Source: Anaerolineae bacterium
GTDB taxonomy: Bacteria > Chloroflexota > Anaerolineae > Anaerolineales > Villigracilaceae
Assembly: GCA_017303655.1 (NCBI GenBank)
Contig: JAFLCE010000008.1
Span: 2,977-66,976 of the forward strand
Reading direction: 5' to 3'
DNA length: 64,000 nt
Of the stretch, positions 47,371 through 56,856 are shown in pieces; positions within the stretch are counted from its first letter, which is position 1; each line of letters begins with the position of its first letter. Both the position numbers and the translations under genes were made by a program. The notes under the pieces were generated by a model. That model had not been told where the DNA came from. It saw nothing but the letters and a program-made list of their open reading frames with translations, and made no database searches.

Positions 47371-47631
47371 ATGAACGACAAAAAATTTGAGACCCTTCTT
47401 GAACAAGTCCATGCCGAGCTCCAAAAAGTGGACAAGGTCGATGCCGAAAGCCTCAAACTATTGCAAGACCTGCAGCAGGATGTACAGGGATTGCTCGATA
47501 AGGCTGAAGTAGGAACCCCATCTGTTCTTGCCCGAATGAAAAAAGCGATTGAACGCTTCGAGATGGACCATCCTGCGCTTACCGCCTTGATCTCAGAACT
47601 ATCCACAGTTTTGAGCAACGCCGGAATTTGA
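47371..47631 (+). CDS. DUF4404 family protein
   Basis: FEMDHPALT...LSNAGI C-terminus. Confidence 0.8.
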   Translation: MNDKKFETLLEQVHAELQKVDKVDAESLKLLQDLQQDVQGLLDKAEVGTPSVLARMKKAIERFEMDHPALTALISELSTVLSNAGI

Positions 47632-47644
47632 ATGGTTTATCACC

Positions 47645-47678
47645 AGCACCCGCCTTGTAAGAGGCGGGTGCTTTTTTA
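47645..47678 (+). terminator. Intrinsic terminator
   Basis: AGCACCCGCCT/AGGCGGGTGCT stem followed by a T-tract. Confidence 0.85.
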
Positions 47679-47710
47679 TCCCCAAAACCTTCATTTGAAC
47701 ACTACCTTTT

Positions 47711-47743
47711 CTTTACATAACCTTTACATGAGAACTGTACACT
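47711..47743 (+). promoter_or_regulatory. Putative OmpR/PhoB-type direct-repeat box plus -10
   Basis: CTTTACA-N4-CTTTACA (47711-47728) upstream of TACACT (47738-47743). Confidence 0.45.
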
Positions 47744-47778
47744 GTAGCTGTAAGTTCGAAAAAGAAAAGGAGATAAAA

Positions 47779-48267
47779 ATGAAAAAGATAATTTTGATCG
47801 TTGCGTTGGTTTTGGCGACAGTCGCTATAGTAGGGGTAGGGGCAGGTGTGGTTTTTGCTCAGGATGTTACCCCTCCGTTCACTGGTCAGGCACCTATGCG
47901 GAACGGCGAAGGTCCACTTCATACCTTTAAGGTGGTGGAATGGTCAAAGAAACTTGCCCTGAATGTGAACGACATCAACACCCGCCTCGCTGCTGGTGAA
48001 AGCATGTACGACATTGTCCTCTCGGCTGGTGTCACCGCGGAAGAGTTCCCCGTTATGATGACCGAAGTCCGCACGAATGCGGTTAATGCGGCAGTGGCGG
48101 CGAACGTCATTACCCAGGAACAGGCTGATTGGATGCTCTCACACAGGCAAGGCATGGGTGGCATACATGGAAACGGTAACTGCACCGGTACTGGTCCGCA
48201 GGGACAAGCTGGTGGCTACGGTCGTGGCATGATGGGCGGCTGGGGTAATCAGCAAGTCAACCCGTAA
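47779..48267 (+). CDS. Secreted hypothetical protein with a Gly/Met-rich tail
   Basis: Signal peptide ending VFA; ITQEQADWM; AAGGAG RBS. Confidence 0.8.
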   Translation: MKKIILIVALVLATVAIVGVGAGVVFAQDVTPPFTGQAPMRNGEGPLHTFKVVEWSKKLALNVNDINTRLAAGESMYDIVLSAGVTAEEFPVMMTEVRTNAVNAAVAANVITQEQADWMLSHRQGMGGIHGNGNCTGTGPQGQAGGYGRGMMGGWGNQQVNP

Positions 48268-48279
48268 TCTATAAAGATC

Positions 48280-48309
48280 AAAAAGAGACGGCGCAAGCCG
48301 TCTCTTTTT
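48280..48309. terminator. Bidirectional intrinsic terminator
   Basis: AAAAAGAGACGGC-gcaa-GCCGTCTCTTTTT. Confidence 0.9.
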
Positions 48310-48311
48310 GT

Positions 48312-49151
48312 TTATTCTTTTCCTTCGATTAAAAACTTCTTCACATCACTACCTGACCAAATCCCATTCATCACGATATCATAACTTCCCATATTTAGTA
48401 TCTCATCCTGCATAGCGGACATTTTCGCCAGCAGCGAGCGGAAAATATACGGTCCGAAGCTGACGCGGTTGATCCCCAACTCCTGTAGTTCTTTCAAAGC
48501 AGCGGTCTTTGCTGTGGCGAGCACGTTGATCGGCGCGGAGATGCGCTTGCGCAAAATTTTCAAGGTCTCTTTGTCGCCACGCCCAACGGGATACGTTGTA
48601 TCTGCTCCGGCTTGGATGTAGGCGTTGAGACGGGTGACAACATCGTCAATTCGTTCTTCATCCGAAGAAAAGCCTTCTGCAAAGAAACTGTCTGCGCGGG
48701 CGTTGATGACGAGGTGTACTCCCTTTCGTTCGGCAACTTCGCGCACGGCTTTGATGCGCTCCACTTGTTCGGAGATGGGGCGCAGGTGAGAACTATCATC
48801 GAAGCTGTCTTCAAAGTTGATGCCGACCGCACCGGTATCGAGCAGGCGCGAAATATTTTCCTGCAAACCTTCGATACTGTCTGAATAGCCTGCTTCAAAA
48901 TCTGCGGTGACTGGCACATCCACACTGCGGGCAATTCTTCCCACCATCTCTAGCATCGTATCCAACTTAATTTGCTCGCCGTCACTGTATCCCATCGATT
49001 CAGCAATGGCGGCGCTGGCAGTGGCAACCGCCGGGTAGCCTTTGGCTTGCAGCATCCGCGCGCCAATGGGATTCCACACATTGGGCAGGATGAGCAGTTT
49101 GCCGTTATTGTGTAGGGATAAAAATTGTTGTGCTTTGGCAGCTTGAGACAT
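48312..49151 (-). CDS. Isocitrate lyase / PEP mutase family protein
   Basis: PNVWN, ATASAAIA, VTADFEAGY, GINFED, INARAD, RVSFG. Confidence 0.9.
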   Translation of the reverse strand: MSQAAKAQQFLSLHNNGKLLILPNVWNPIGARMLQAKGYPAVATASAAIAESMGYSDGEQIKLDTMLEMVGRIARSVDVPVTADFEAGYSDSIEGLQENISRLLDTGAVGINFEDSFDDSSHLRPISEQVERIKAVREVAERKGVHLVINARADSFFAEGFSSDEERIDDVVTRLNAYIQAGADTTYPVGRGDKETLKILRKRISAPINVLATAKTAALKELQELGINRVSFGPYIFRSLLAKMSAMQDEILNMGSYDIVMNGIWSGSDVKKFLIEGKE

Positions 49152-49176
49152 GGGCGTTTTCCTTTGGAAAGAATTA

Positions 49177-49245
49177 GCCGCAGAGCACACAGAGGTCACG
49201 GAGAAAAACAAATAAATTCTCTATGTTCTCTGTGATCTCTGTGGC
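49177..49245. repeat. Inverted 9-mer repeat arms (3x nnCACAGAG-like / 3x CTCTGTGnn), empty hairpin
   Basis: gccgcagag cacacagag gtcacggag -loop- ctctatgtt ctctgtgat ctctgtggc. Confidence 0.8.
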
Positions 49246-49248
49246 GAG

Positions 49249-51324
49249 TCATTGGTTTTTCAACAACCGAGCAGAATTGCCGAGAATACCCAAATCAGGG
49301 ATAGATTGTAGCGCAGCTGCCAGCATCGGAGGCAAAAAGCCAAATGCTGCCAACGCCAAGCCGACGATGTTATACGCTGCCGTAAAACCAAGATTGCCCT
49401 TCACAACACGCATAGTCCGTTGTGCGGCAGCGATGACTTGCGGAATCAACATCCAGTCTTCGCGCAGGAGGGTGATGTGGGCGGCTTCGATGGCGATGTC
49501 TGTTCCGGCTTTCATGGCGATGCCGACGTTGGCTTGTGCAAGTGCGGGCGCGTCGTTGATGCCGTCGCCTGCCATGACGACGATATATCCCTGCGATTGA
49601 TATTCTTTGACGATGCGGATCTTATCTTCCGGCATTAAATCGGCGTGGTAGGAAATATTCAACGCACCAGCTACAGAAGACGCTGTCCGTTCATTATCGC
49701 CTGTGAGCAGTTCGATCTTTTTGATGCCAAGTCGTTTTGCTTCTCGCAATGCATCTGGCACTTCGTTGCGCAAGGTATCAGAGACAGCAATAACGCCTAC
49801 TAACGTATCATCCATCGAAACATATAAAACCGTTTTGCCTTGCGCTTCAAATTCTTTGGCTTGTTCGGGAATGGCATGCGCCGATTTGCCAACGAAAACA
49901 TTTTTGCCGTCCACGGTCGCTTGTATGCCTTTGCCGGTGTGTGACTCAAAATTCGTGATCTCGCTGAGCACAAGTCCGCGTTCGTGCGCGGAGCGGCGCA
50001 AAGCGTCGGCGAGGGGATGCTCGGAGTAACGGTCAGCAGATGCGGCACGGGAAAGAAGCGCAGATTCATCCATGCCGTTCAGCGCGATGATGTCCGTCAC
50101 GACCGGCTTGCCCAGCGTCAACGTTCCGGTCTTGTCGATCAACAACACATCGGCGCGCGCGAGCATCTCGATATATTTTCCGCCTTTGATGAGCACGCCA
50201 TGTTTCGCGTTCATGCCGATGGTGGCGAGCATGGCGATGGGCGTGGCGAGTGCGATGCTGCAAGAACATGCCACGAGTAAAACCGCCGCGGTTGCAAGCG
50301 GATCGCGGCTGAATAAAAATGTGAGTGCGGCGATGCTTGCGACAACGGGCAGATAATACGCGCTGAACTTGTCGGCGAACTGCTGCACATCGGCGCGGTG
50401 CGCTTCGGCTTCTTCGACCATCTTGATGACGCGCCCGAACATGGACTGTGCCCCCACGGCTTGGGTGCGCACTTTGAGCGTGCCCTGCTTAAGGATGGTC
50501 GCGCCTCGCACCTGGGACCCGATGCCTGCTTCCACCGGCATCGCCTCGCCTGTCACTGACGATTGGTCCACTGCCGCGTGACCGGCGATGACCTCTCCAT
50601 CTACGGGAATCTTTTCGCCGGGGCGCACGATGACGATGTCATCGAGTTGTACTTCTGTGATGGGGATTTCTTTTTCAGCACTGTCTTTTTCGATGCGGGC
50701 AGTTTGAGGAGCCATCGCAGTTAAGTCTTTTACGGCGCGACGTGCGCCTTCTGCTGTGAGGCGTTCGGTATAACTTCCGATGTGCATGAAGAAAATGACC
50801 ACCATTGCCGTCGTCCATTCGCCGACGACGAGTGCCGCAATCGCGCCAATGCTCATGAGTGTGTGAGCGATGATCTGTTTATTGAGCGTGGCGCGGATAA
50901 CGTTTAGAAAGATCGGCGCGCCGCCAAGCAGAACGAACGCCACGCCAACCGGGAAGGGGATGAGTTGAGTCAAATTATCAAGCAGCCCCAGCCATTCGCC
51001 GAGGACAACGATAATGATGACCGCGCCAAAGGCGAGACCGAAAGCGGTGAACATGCGGCGCGAAAAATCTGCCAGCGCGACATTTGGCGTTTTTGTCTCT
51101 TCTTCTTTTGTGGCGACCGAATAGCCTGCATTCTTGACGGCAGTACGAATATCCGTCATTTTTACAAGGGACGGATTCATTTGCACGATGGCTTTTTCAG
51201 ACGAGAGAAATACGTCCACTTTTTGCACGCCGCTCACACTGGCAATGGCTTTCTGCACGTGCTGTGTGCATTCGGTGCAGTCCATGCCCGCGATGGGGAT
51301 TTCGATGGTTTGAATCTGTTCCAT
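49249..51324 (-). CDS. Heavy-metal-translocating P1B-type ATPase (N-terminal HMA, CSC motif)
   Basis: GMDCTEC, TGE, VACSCSIALATP, DKTGT, SEHP, GDGINDAP. Confidence 0.93.
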   Translation of the reverse strand: MEQIQTIEIPIAGMDCTECTQHVQKAIASVSGVQKVDVFLSSEKAIVQMNPSLVKMTDIRTAVKNAGYSVATKEEETKTPNVALADFSRRMFTAFGLAFGAVIIIVVLGEWLGLLDNLTQLIPFPVGVAFVLLGGAPIFLNVIRATLNKQIIAHTLMSIGAIAALVVGEWTTAMVVIFFMHIGSYTERLTAEGARRAVKDLTAMAPQTARIEKDSAEKEIPITEVQLDDIVIVRPGEKIPVDGEVIAGHAAVDQSSVTGEAMPVEAGIGSQVRGATILKQGTLKVRTQAVGAQSMFGRVIKMVEEAEAHRADVQQFADKFSAYYLPVVASIAALTFLFSRDPLATAAVLLVACSCSIALATPIAMLATIGMNAKHGVLIKGGKYIEMLARADVLLIDKTGTLTLGKPVVTDIIALNGMDESALLSRAASADRYSEHPLADALRRSAHERGLVLSEITNFESHTGKGIQATVDGKNVFVGKSAHAIPEQAKEFEAQGKTVLYVSMDDTLVGVIAVSDTLRNEVPDALREAKRLGIKKIELLTGDNERTASSVAGALNISYHADLMPEDKIRIVKEYQSQGYIVVMAGDGINDAPALAQANVGIAMKAGTDIAIEAAHITLLREDWMLIPQVIAAAQRTMRVVKGNLGFTAAYNIVGLALAAFGFLPPMLAAALQSIPDLGILGNSARLLKNQ

Positions 51325-51332
51325 TTGAATAC

Positions 51333-52274
51333 CTATACGTGTTCGTGTTGATGCTCGCGGATCTCACAATAAAGTAAACCGTTGCCGCAGCCTTCACATT
51401 CCATTTGAAGGGTCGCGTGTTGGATGTTGTACTTGTGGGCAAGTAATTCGTTGATGTTGTGTTGAATACTCACGCCTTCACCGACAGAGATATTGTCAAT
51501 AACGACATGAGCGGAGAGCATGCGTAGGTTTTCGCTGATGCTCCAGACGTGCAAGTCGTGCACACCGAGAACGCCATCTACTTTTTGCAGGTCACTTACC
51601 ATGCTGTCCATGTTGATATTTTCGGGGGTGCTTTCGAGCAGGATGTGAATGGTCTGCTTGAGGATGCTCCAGGCATTGTATAAGATGAACGCGCCGATTA
51701 GAACGCTAACGAGTGGGTCAAGCCAGTTCCATTTTGTGAAGGCGATGATGATGCCTGCGATGACCGCCCCAAGCGTGGACATGACGTCTCCCATGAGATG
51801 GAGAAAGGCGCTGCGCAGGTTGAGGTCATGTTCGCTGCCTTCTTTGACCATCAAGGCGGTGACGAGGTTGATGATAAACGCCACAGCACCGACTCCGATC
51901 AGGAGAGTCGAATCCACTTCGGGCGGGGAAAGGAAGCGTTTGTACGCTTCCACGAAAATCCCAAACGCAATCAGAATCAACGTCGTGGAGTTGATGAGGG
52001 CGACGAGAATCCCAACACGATGATAGCCGAAGGTCTTGCCTGCATGGGCGGGTTTCAGGGCAATGCGTAATGCGTACCAACTGAGGACCAGCGCGATGAC
52101 GTCCGTAAAGTTGTGGGCGGCATCGGTGAGCAGGGCGAGACTATTGCCAAAGATGCCCGCAACGACCTCAACGATGACGAAGGCGGCGGTGAGGATCAAC
52201 GAGAGGGTGAGGCGTTTGGTGGTTTGCTGGGTCAGGTCGCCGATATGTGAGTGGGTGTGAGAATGGGAATGCAT
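51333..52274 (-). CDS. czcD: Cation diffusion facilitator (CzcD/ZitB-like)
   Basis: His-rich N-terminus, LLTDAAHNFTD, AFLHLMGD, HDLHVW, HATLQ; alternative start 52295. Confidence 0.9.
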   Translation of the reverse strand: MHSHSHTHSHIGDLTQQTTKRLTLSLILTAAFVIVEVVAGIFGNSLALLTDAAHNFTDVIALVLSWYALRIALKPAHAGKTFGYHRVGILVALINSTTLILIAFGIFVEAYKRFLSPPEVDSTLLIGVGAVAFIINLVTALMVKEGSEHDLNLRSAFLHLMGDVMSTLGAVIAGIIIAFTKWNWLDPLVSVLIGAFILYNAWSILKQTIHILLESTPENINMDSMVSDLQKVDGVLGVHDLHVWSISENLRMLSAHVVIDNISVGEGVSIQHNINELLAHKYNIQHATLQMECEGCGNGLLYCEIREHQHEHV

Positions 52275-52278
52275 GGAT

Positions 52279-52569
52279 TTATCCGTGCTGGACATGATCA
52301 AGACCCAGTGTAAAAAGTTTCGCTACATGGTCATCGTCAAGCGAGTAGAAGACTTGTCTGCCCGATTTGCGCGCGCGGACGAGATGCATTTGACGCAGTC
52401 CGCGCAGTTGGTGGGATACGGCGGATTCGGTCATGCCGAGTCCGTCGGCGAGGGCGCGGACGCTCATTTCCCCGTCCATAAGCTGGGCGATGATGCGGAT
52501 ACGACTCGCATCGCTGAGGGAGCTGAAGAGTTCGGCAAGTTTGATGGCTTTGAGTTCGGTGAGTTTCAT
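52279..52569 (-). CDS. ArsR/SmtB family metalloregulator with an alpha5 Zn-type site (CzrA/SmtB-like)
   Basis: SAVSHQLRGL HTH; DDH...H..H at the C-terminus. Confidence 0.92.
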   Translation of the reverse strand: MKLTELKAIKLAELFSSLSDASRIRIIAQLMDGEMSVRALADGLGMTESAVSHQLRGLRQMHLVRARKSGRQVFYSLDDDHVAKLFTLGLDHVQHG

Positions 52570-52574
52570 AGTTG

Positions 52575-52624
52575 AATATATGAACAAGTATTCATATATT
52601 ACACCGTGAAAAAGACCCTGTCAA
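52575..52624 (-). promoter_or_regulatory. SmtB/CzrA-type operator and sigma70 promoter
   Basis: Inverted repeat AATATATGAA-N6-TTCATATATT (52575-52600); minus-strand TTGACA(52619-52624)-17-TAATAT(52596-52601). Confidence 0.85.
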
Positions 52625-52644
52625 GATGATGTTTGACAGGGTCT
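52609..52644 (-). terminator. Terminator of the upstream operon, overlapping the arsR -35
   Basis: AGACCCTGTCAA/TTGACAGGGTCT stem with a minus-strand T-tract. Confidence 0.75.
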
Positions 52645-52650
52645 AAAGTG

Positions 52651-53334
52651 TTAGTCTGGTTCGCAGTAGAAACTGCTTAGGTAGGCACTGTCTACCCCTT
52701 CGCGGACGGCGCAAAGTTCCTGAATATTGCCTTGCTCAGACATGAATTGAAAACCGGTTTCTGCGGCATTCATCCACAGGGATATTTCGCCGCGTTCGCT
52801 ATACTTGCCGTTGGCGCGCCAGCCCTTGCCCCATTCCATGACGCCGGTGAAGGTTTCGTAGTCGTTGTCGTTTCCGTCGAATATAGTGCCAGTTACATTC
52901 TTGCCAACTTGTGTTAAGACCATATAACTTCCTGGCAGAAAAACGGACTTGGACGGGACGATCCACTTCCCGCTGAAACCGCAACCTGCGGGCAGTTCCA
53001 TGTCCACGCCGCGAATGCCGCAGAAGGATAGGTCTGTGGATGTGGACTTGAACGCATCCTCACCATCGAGAATAAGCGTAAAGCCACCTAGAATTTCTGT
53101 ATCAAAGACTGCTTCACCGTTCTCATTGATGGTTCCAGTGAAAGTTTCGTTCCAGAAGCCGCCATACCCTTCGATATTACCGGTCAGTTCGTTCCCGTTT
53201 TGCACAAAGTTGATCGTGCCAAGATTGGTCGTCCATGTGCCTGCGAAGGAATTCACCGGGGTAAGCGATCCGCAACTGGTCAATGCCATGCTTGCAATGA
53301 GGATGAGCACCCCAGCCCAAAGATTATTTTTCAT
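52651..53334 (-). CDS. Hypothetical lipoprotein with two similar beta-rich repeats
   Basis: Lipobox LTSC; FAGTW...VQNGNELTG...ETFTG repeated as FSGKW...TQVGKNVTG...ETFTG. Confidence 0.75.
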   Translation of the reverse strand: MKNNLWAGVLILIASMALTSCGSLTPVNSFAGTWTTNLGTINFVQNGNELTGNIEGYGGFWNETFTGTINENGEAVFDTEILGGFTLILDGEDAFKSTSTDLSFCGIRGVDMELPAGCGFSGKWIVPSKSVFLPGSYMVLTQVGKNVTGTIFDGNDNDYETFTGVMEWGKGWRANGKYSERGEISLWMNAAETGFQFMSEQGNIQELCAVREGVDSAYLSSFYCEPD

Positions 53335-53408
53335 TTTGTATTTTCTCCTATAAAGAGTACTTTACAGGCATTCTTTGGGCTGGGCAATCCAACATAATGG
53401 GGATTGGT

Positions 53409-54848
53409 TTAAAAGAGACTCTCCACGAACCGCCACACTTGTGCCACAATGAAAGTAACGGCAATGCCCATCAACACCGGCGTGACCGCCGCGATCCATG
53501 TCCATTTTTTGCTGCCGGTTTCTTTGTAAATGGTGTAGATGGTGGTGCTGCACGGGTTGTGGATCAGGCTAAAGATCATCAAGTTGACCGCGGTTAGTAA
53601 AGTCCAGCCGCCGGTTTGCAGGAGTGCCAGAGTTTGGGCATCCGAATCGAGTTCGAACATCACGCCCGCGCCTGCGCCGACTCCAGCCACTTTGGTAACG
53701 AGCACGGTCAACATCAAAATGGTGGGAATGACGATCTCATTGGCAGGAATCGCGACGATGTATGCCACGAGAATTACGCCATTGAGACCAAGGATCAAGC
53801 CGAACGGATTCATGAAATTGATCAAGTGCCCTGCAATGCTGTTCCCGCCAATAACAATGTTGGATGCCAACCAGATGACCGCACCAGCAGGCAGGGCGAA
53901 GGTCACTGCACGCCAAAGCACAACCAATGTGCGATCAATCACCGATGTGTAAATGGTCTGCCAGATACGCGGCGGGCGGTAGGGAGGCAATTCCAGGCTG
54001 AACGTGGAGACTTCACCTTTCAATACCGTGCGTGAGAGGGCCCATGAAGAACCGAAGGTCAGCATCACACCCAAGACAGCCACACCAACGACCGCCAGTG
54101 CAGAGACAAGTCCGCCCAGGTGGGCAGGCACCAATGAGCCGACAAACAGAGAGGCGATCAAAATTTGAGTGGGCCAGCGTCCGTTGCAGAGTGCGAAATT
54201 ATTAGTGAGAATGGCGATCAGCCGTTCGCGTGGACTGTCAATGATGCGGGTTGCCACCACACCTGCCGCATTACAGCCAAATCCCATCGTCATGCTCAGG
54301 GCTTGCTTGCCATGAGCTCCCGCTTTGCGGAACATATTGTCGAGGTTGAACGCCACACGCGGCAGATAGCCGAAATCTTCGAGCAATGTGAAGATCGGGA
54401 AGAAGATCGCCATTGGGGGCAGCATCACACTGATGACCCAGGCGGTTGCCAGGTAAACGCCGTCGAGCAGGAAGCCGTCGATCCACCAGGGGATGCCAAG
54501 ATCAGCAAAGACCCCTTTCAGGAAGGGATGAACAGTGTCCAAGAGCAAGGTTGCTAGGATTCCCGATGGGACATTTGCTCCGGCGATGGTCAGCCAGAAG
54601 ACGATGGTGAGCAGAAGGAGCATCAGTGGGAAACCCCATACGCGGCTGGTGACCAGCTTGTCGATGGTGCGGTCCAGATCGAAACGCGGCTTTTTATCGG
54701 GACGAGTCGTGGCGCGGTCTGCGATCTGCGAGGCGTCGGTGTAAATCGACTCCATTAGTTTCTCGTGAAAGTCTGCTCCGATCTCCCAGCGCAGCGATTG
54801 GGCGTTGTTGAGGATGTCTTCGTGATTGTTCGAAGGGTATGTTGTCAT
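53409..54848 (-). CDS. feoB: Ferrous iron transporter FeoB, membrane (Gate) half of a split FeoB
   Basis: [40 protein letters not shown]; own GGAG RBS. Confidence 0.88.
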   Translation of the reverse strand: MTTYPSNNHEDILNNAQSLRWEIGADFHEKLMESIYTDASQIADRATTRPDKKPRFDLDRTIDKLVTSRVWGFPLMLLLLTIVFWLTIAGANVPSGILATLLLDTVHPFLKGVFADLGIPWWIDGFLLDGVYLATAWVISVMLPPMAIFFPIFTLLEDFGYLPRVAFNLDNMFRKAGAHGKQALSMTMGFGCNAAGVVATRIIDSPRERLIAILTNNFALCNGRWPTQILIASLFVGSLVPAHLGGLVSALAVVGVAVLGVMLTFGSSWALSRTVLKGEVSTFSLELPPYRPPRIWQTIYTSVIDRTLVVLWRAVTFALPAGAVIWLASNIVIGGNSIAGHLINFMNPFGLILGLNGVILVAYIVAIPANEIVIPTILMLTVLVTKVAGVGAGAGVMFELDSDAQTLALLQTGGWTLLTAVNLMIFSLIHNPCSTTIYTIYKETGSKKWTWIAAVTPVLMGIAVTFIVAQVWRFVESLF

Positions 54849-54862
54849 TTGTAAACTCCATT

Positions 54863-54908
54863 CCCTCATCCCCAGCCCCTCTCCAACGGGAGAGGGGCTG
54901 GGTGAGGG
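54863..54908. repeat. REP-like GC-rich palindrome
   Basis: CCCTCA..CCCAGCCCCTCTCC-aacg-GGAGAGGGGCTGGG-TGAGGG between the two feoB halves. Confidence 0.8.
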
Positions 54909-54919
54909 CGATAAGTAAA

Positions 54920-55756
54920 TTATTGATTCCCGATCACCTGTAACTGCGCAGAACGTGCCTCAATATTGCCATGGGTCAGGTCACCGAGCTCACCCTTGCG
55001 CAGAGCTTCTGCGATCCGCTCATCTCCATCGAGCAGGCGTAGCGCCACCCAACGCGCATTCGGCAGATCGGGGAAGGATGCTTCGATCTGCGCGGTCAAC
55101 TGCTCGACCGCTTTCTTGAGTTCAGGCGAAACATACTTCACACGATACGGCTTGCCGACCACTTCACCTTTCGCCACTTCGCTAACCGCCTGCAAGAGTT
55201 CGGGGATTCCCTCTCCCTGCCGCGCAGACATGGGGACGACAGGAATGCCCAGGTCACGTGCGAGGCGTCTTTCGTCAATCTTGAGACCGTGACGTTTTGC
55301 TTCATCCATTAAATTCAAAGCGACCACGACACGGTTTGTGATCTCTGAAACCTGCAAAACGAGATTCAAATTTCGTTCAAGCCGTGTAGCATCCACAACG
55401 ACGATGGTCACATCGGGCTGACCGAACAAAATAAAATCGCGAGCCACTTCTTCATCAAGACTCGTCGCTAACAATGAATACGTGCCGGGCAGGTCCACCA
55501 ATTTGTATTTATTATCGCCATATAAAAAAACACCTTCGGCGCGAGTCACTGTTTTGCCGGGCCAGTTGCCCACGTGTTGGCGCAAACCGGTCAACGCATT
55601 GAACACCGTGCTCTTCCCTGTGTTGGGGTTGCCCGCCAGCGCCACGACAAAATCGAAATCGGTCATATCTACGCCGAGTTTTTTAAGCGCAGCCGCATTA
55701 TGCACCGGGCAGGTTTCGCACACGGCGGATGTTGGTTGCTGAGTTTCGGTTGTCAT
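54920..55756 (-). CDS. feoB: FeoB N-terminal GTPase domain protein (split FeoB)
   Basis: [29 protein letters not shown]. Confidence 0.9.
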   Translation of the reverse strand: MTTETQQPTSAVCETCPVHNAAALKKLGVDMTDFDFVVALAGNPNTGKSTVFNALTGLRQHVGNWPGKTVTRAEGVFLYGDNKYKLVDLPGTYSLLATSLDEEVARDFILFGQPDVTIVVVDATRLERNLNLVLQVSEITNRVVVALNLMDEAKRHGLKIDERRLARDLGIPVVPMSARQGEGIPELLQAVSEVAKGEVVGKPYRVKYVSPELKKAVEQLTAQIEASFPDLPNARWVALRLLDGDERIAEALRKGELGDLTHGNIEARSAQLQVIGNQ

Positions 55757-56766
55757 TTTGTTTCCTCTTTCGTGATCAAGATCATATCTGCCTGCGACTT
55801 TCGCAAAGCGATCATCGCGTCGCGGATGCGGTATGCCGATGGGTCACCTGCTGCACTGTTCATTTCGTTCGATACCAGCGTGCCAGGTAAAACACCAAGA
55901 TCCATCAGGCGGCGACGTTCTGCCCCGCGGATGCGATACGACAACTGGATAACTCTGCCCGACTCGCCCGGCAGCAAACTGGATAACGCCTCTCCCTTAA
56001 CTTGTACTTGCTGCGGCGCTTCAGACAGTTCTGCCACTGTGATATTTGCCGCCACGATCGGTGCCACCACATGCTCATCTCCATCTGCCCAAAACTTCAC
56101 CCGCTGCGGAGAAGACTCGATCAGCCGCACCACCTGCCCGATGTGCAATCCCTCTGCCACGATCTGGGCATAGACGGTTTCAGGTTCATCTTCAAGGTGA
56201 ATGATGCGGGCAGGTTTATCGAGATTCAAATTCGTAAGCAGAATTCGTTGCGGCTCGATCATATGTCCGCTGGCAGTGGGGATGGGGTCGCCGTGCGGGT
56301 CGTGGGTGGGGTTGCCGAGGCGGGCTGCAAGCTGATTGGTGGATTCAGTTGTCAGCGTATGTTCGAAGCGTTCCGCGCGGTCATGCCATTCGGTTTCTTC
56401 GTATCCTGTTTCATCTGCAAGATAGCGTTCATACAAGCGATGTGCGCGGATCATCCGCAAGGCATACTCGCGTCCCGCGGTCGTGAGTTTGATCTCGCTG
56501 CCCTCGAACTGCAAGAGTTCGTGCGCCACAAGATTGTTGATGACCTTCGTCACCTCGTCGGGGCTGACCTTGAGCGCTCCAGCAATGCTATTGACCGACG
56601 GCTTGTCGCGATGGGTCTCGCATTGGTGGATCTGTTTGAGCGCATCCTCCTGCAAGACCTTGGCGGTCAATTTTTGTCCGTGTTGCCATTGCCAAAACCA
56701 ACCGCGTTCGGGGCGGAAGAGGAACCACGAAGCAATCAGAAATGTTGCAAACCAGATAAGATTCAT
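55753..56766 (-). CDS. DtxR/MntR-family regulator with an N-terminal TM and two FeoA domains
   Basis: EDALK, RAHRLYE, AERFEH, DPHGDPIP; FeoA RRRLMDLGVLPG...GDP.AYRIR; hydrophobic N-terminus. Confidence 0.85.
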   Translation of the reverse strand: MNLIWFATFLIASWFLFRPERGWFWQWQHGQKLTAKVLQEDALKQIHQCETHRDKPSVNSIAGALKVSPDEVTKVINNLVAHELLQFEGSEIKLTTAGREYALRMIRAHRLYERYLADETGYEETEWHDRAERFEHTLTTESTNQLAARLGNPTHDPHGDPIPTASGHMIEPQRILLTNLNLDKPARIIHLEDEPETVYAQIVAEGLHIGQVVRLIESSPQRVKFWADGDEHVVAPIVAANITVAELSEAPQQVQVKGEALSSLLPGESGRVIQLSYRIRGAERRRLMDLGVLPGTLVSNEMNSAAGDPSAYRIRDAMIALRKSQADMILITKEETK

Positions 56767-56856
56767 CTTATTTATCTCCTTTCAAGAAACTTCCCGCTGA
56801 CTCGGAAAATCCGAACCAGCGGGAGAGTGTGTACTATCTATTTGTTCTTGTATCTT

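Noticed and set aside
53409-55756. feoB pseudogene by frameshift
   Set aside because: Both halves have intact motifs and plausible starts, and the gap holds a structured spacer rather than a simple indel
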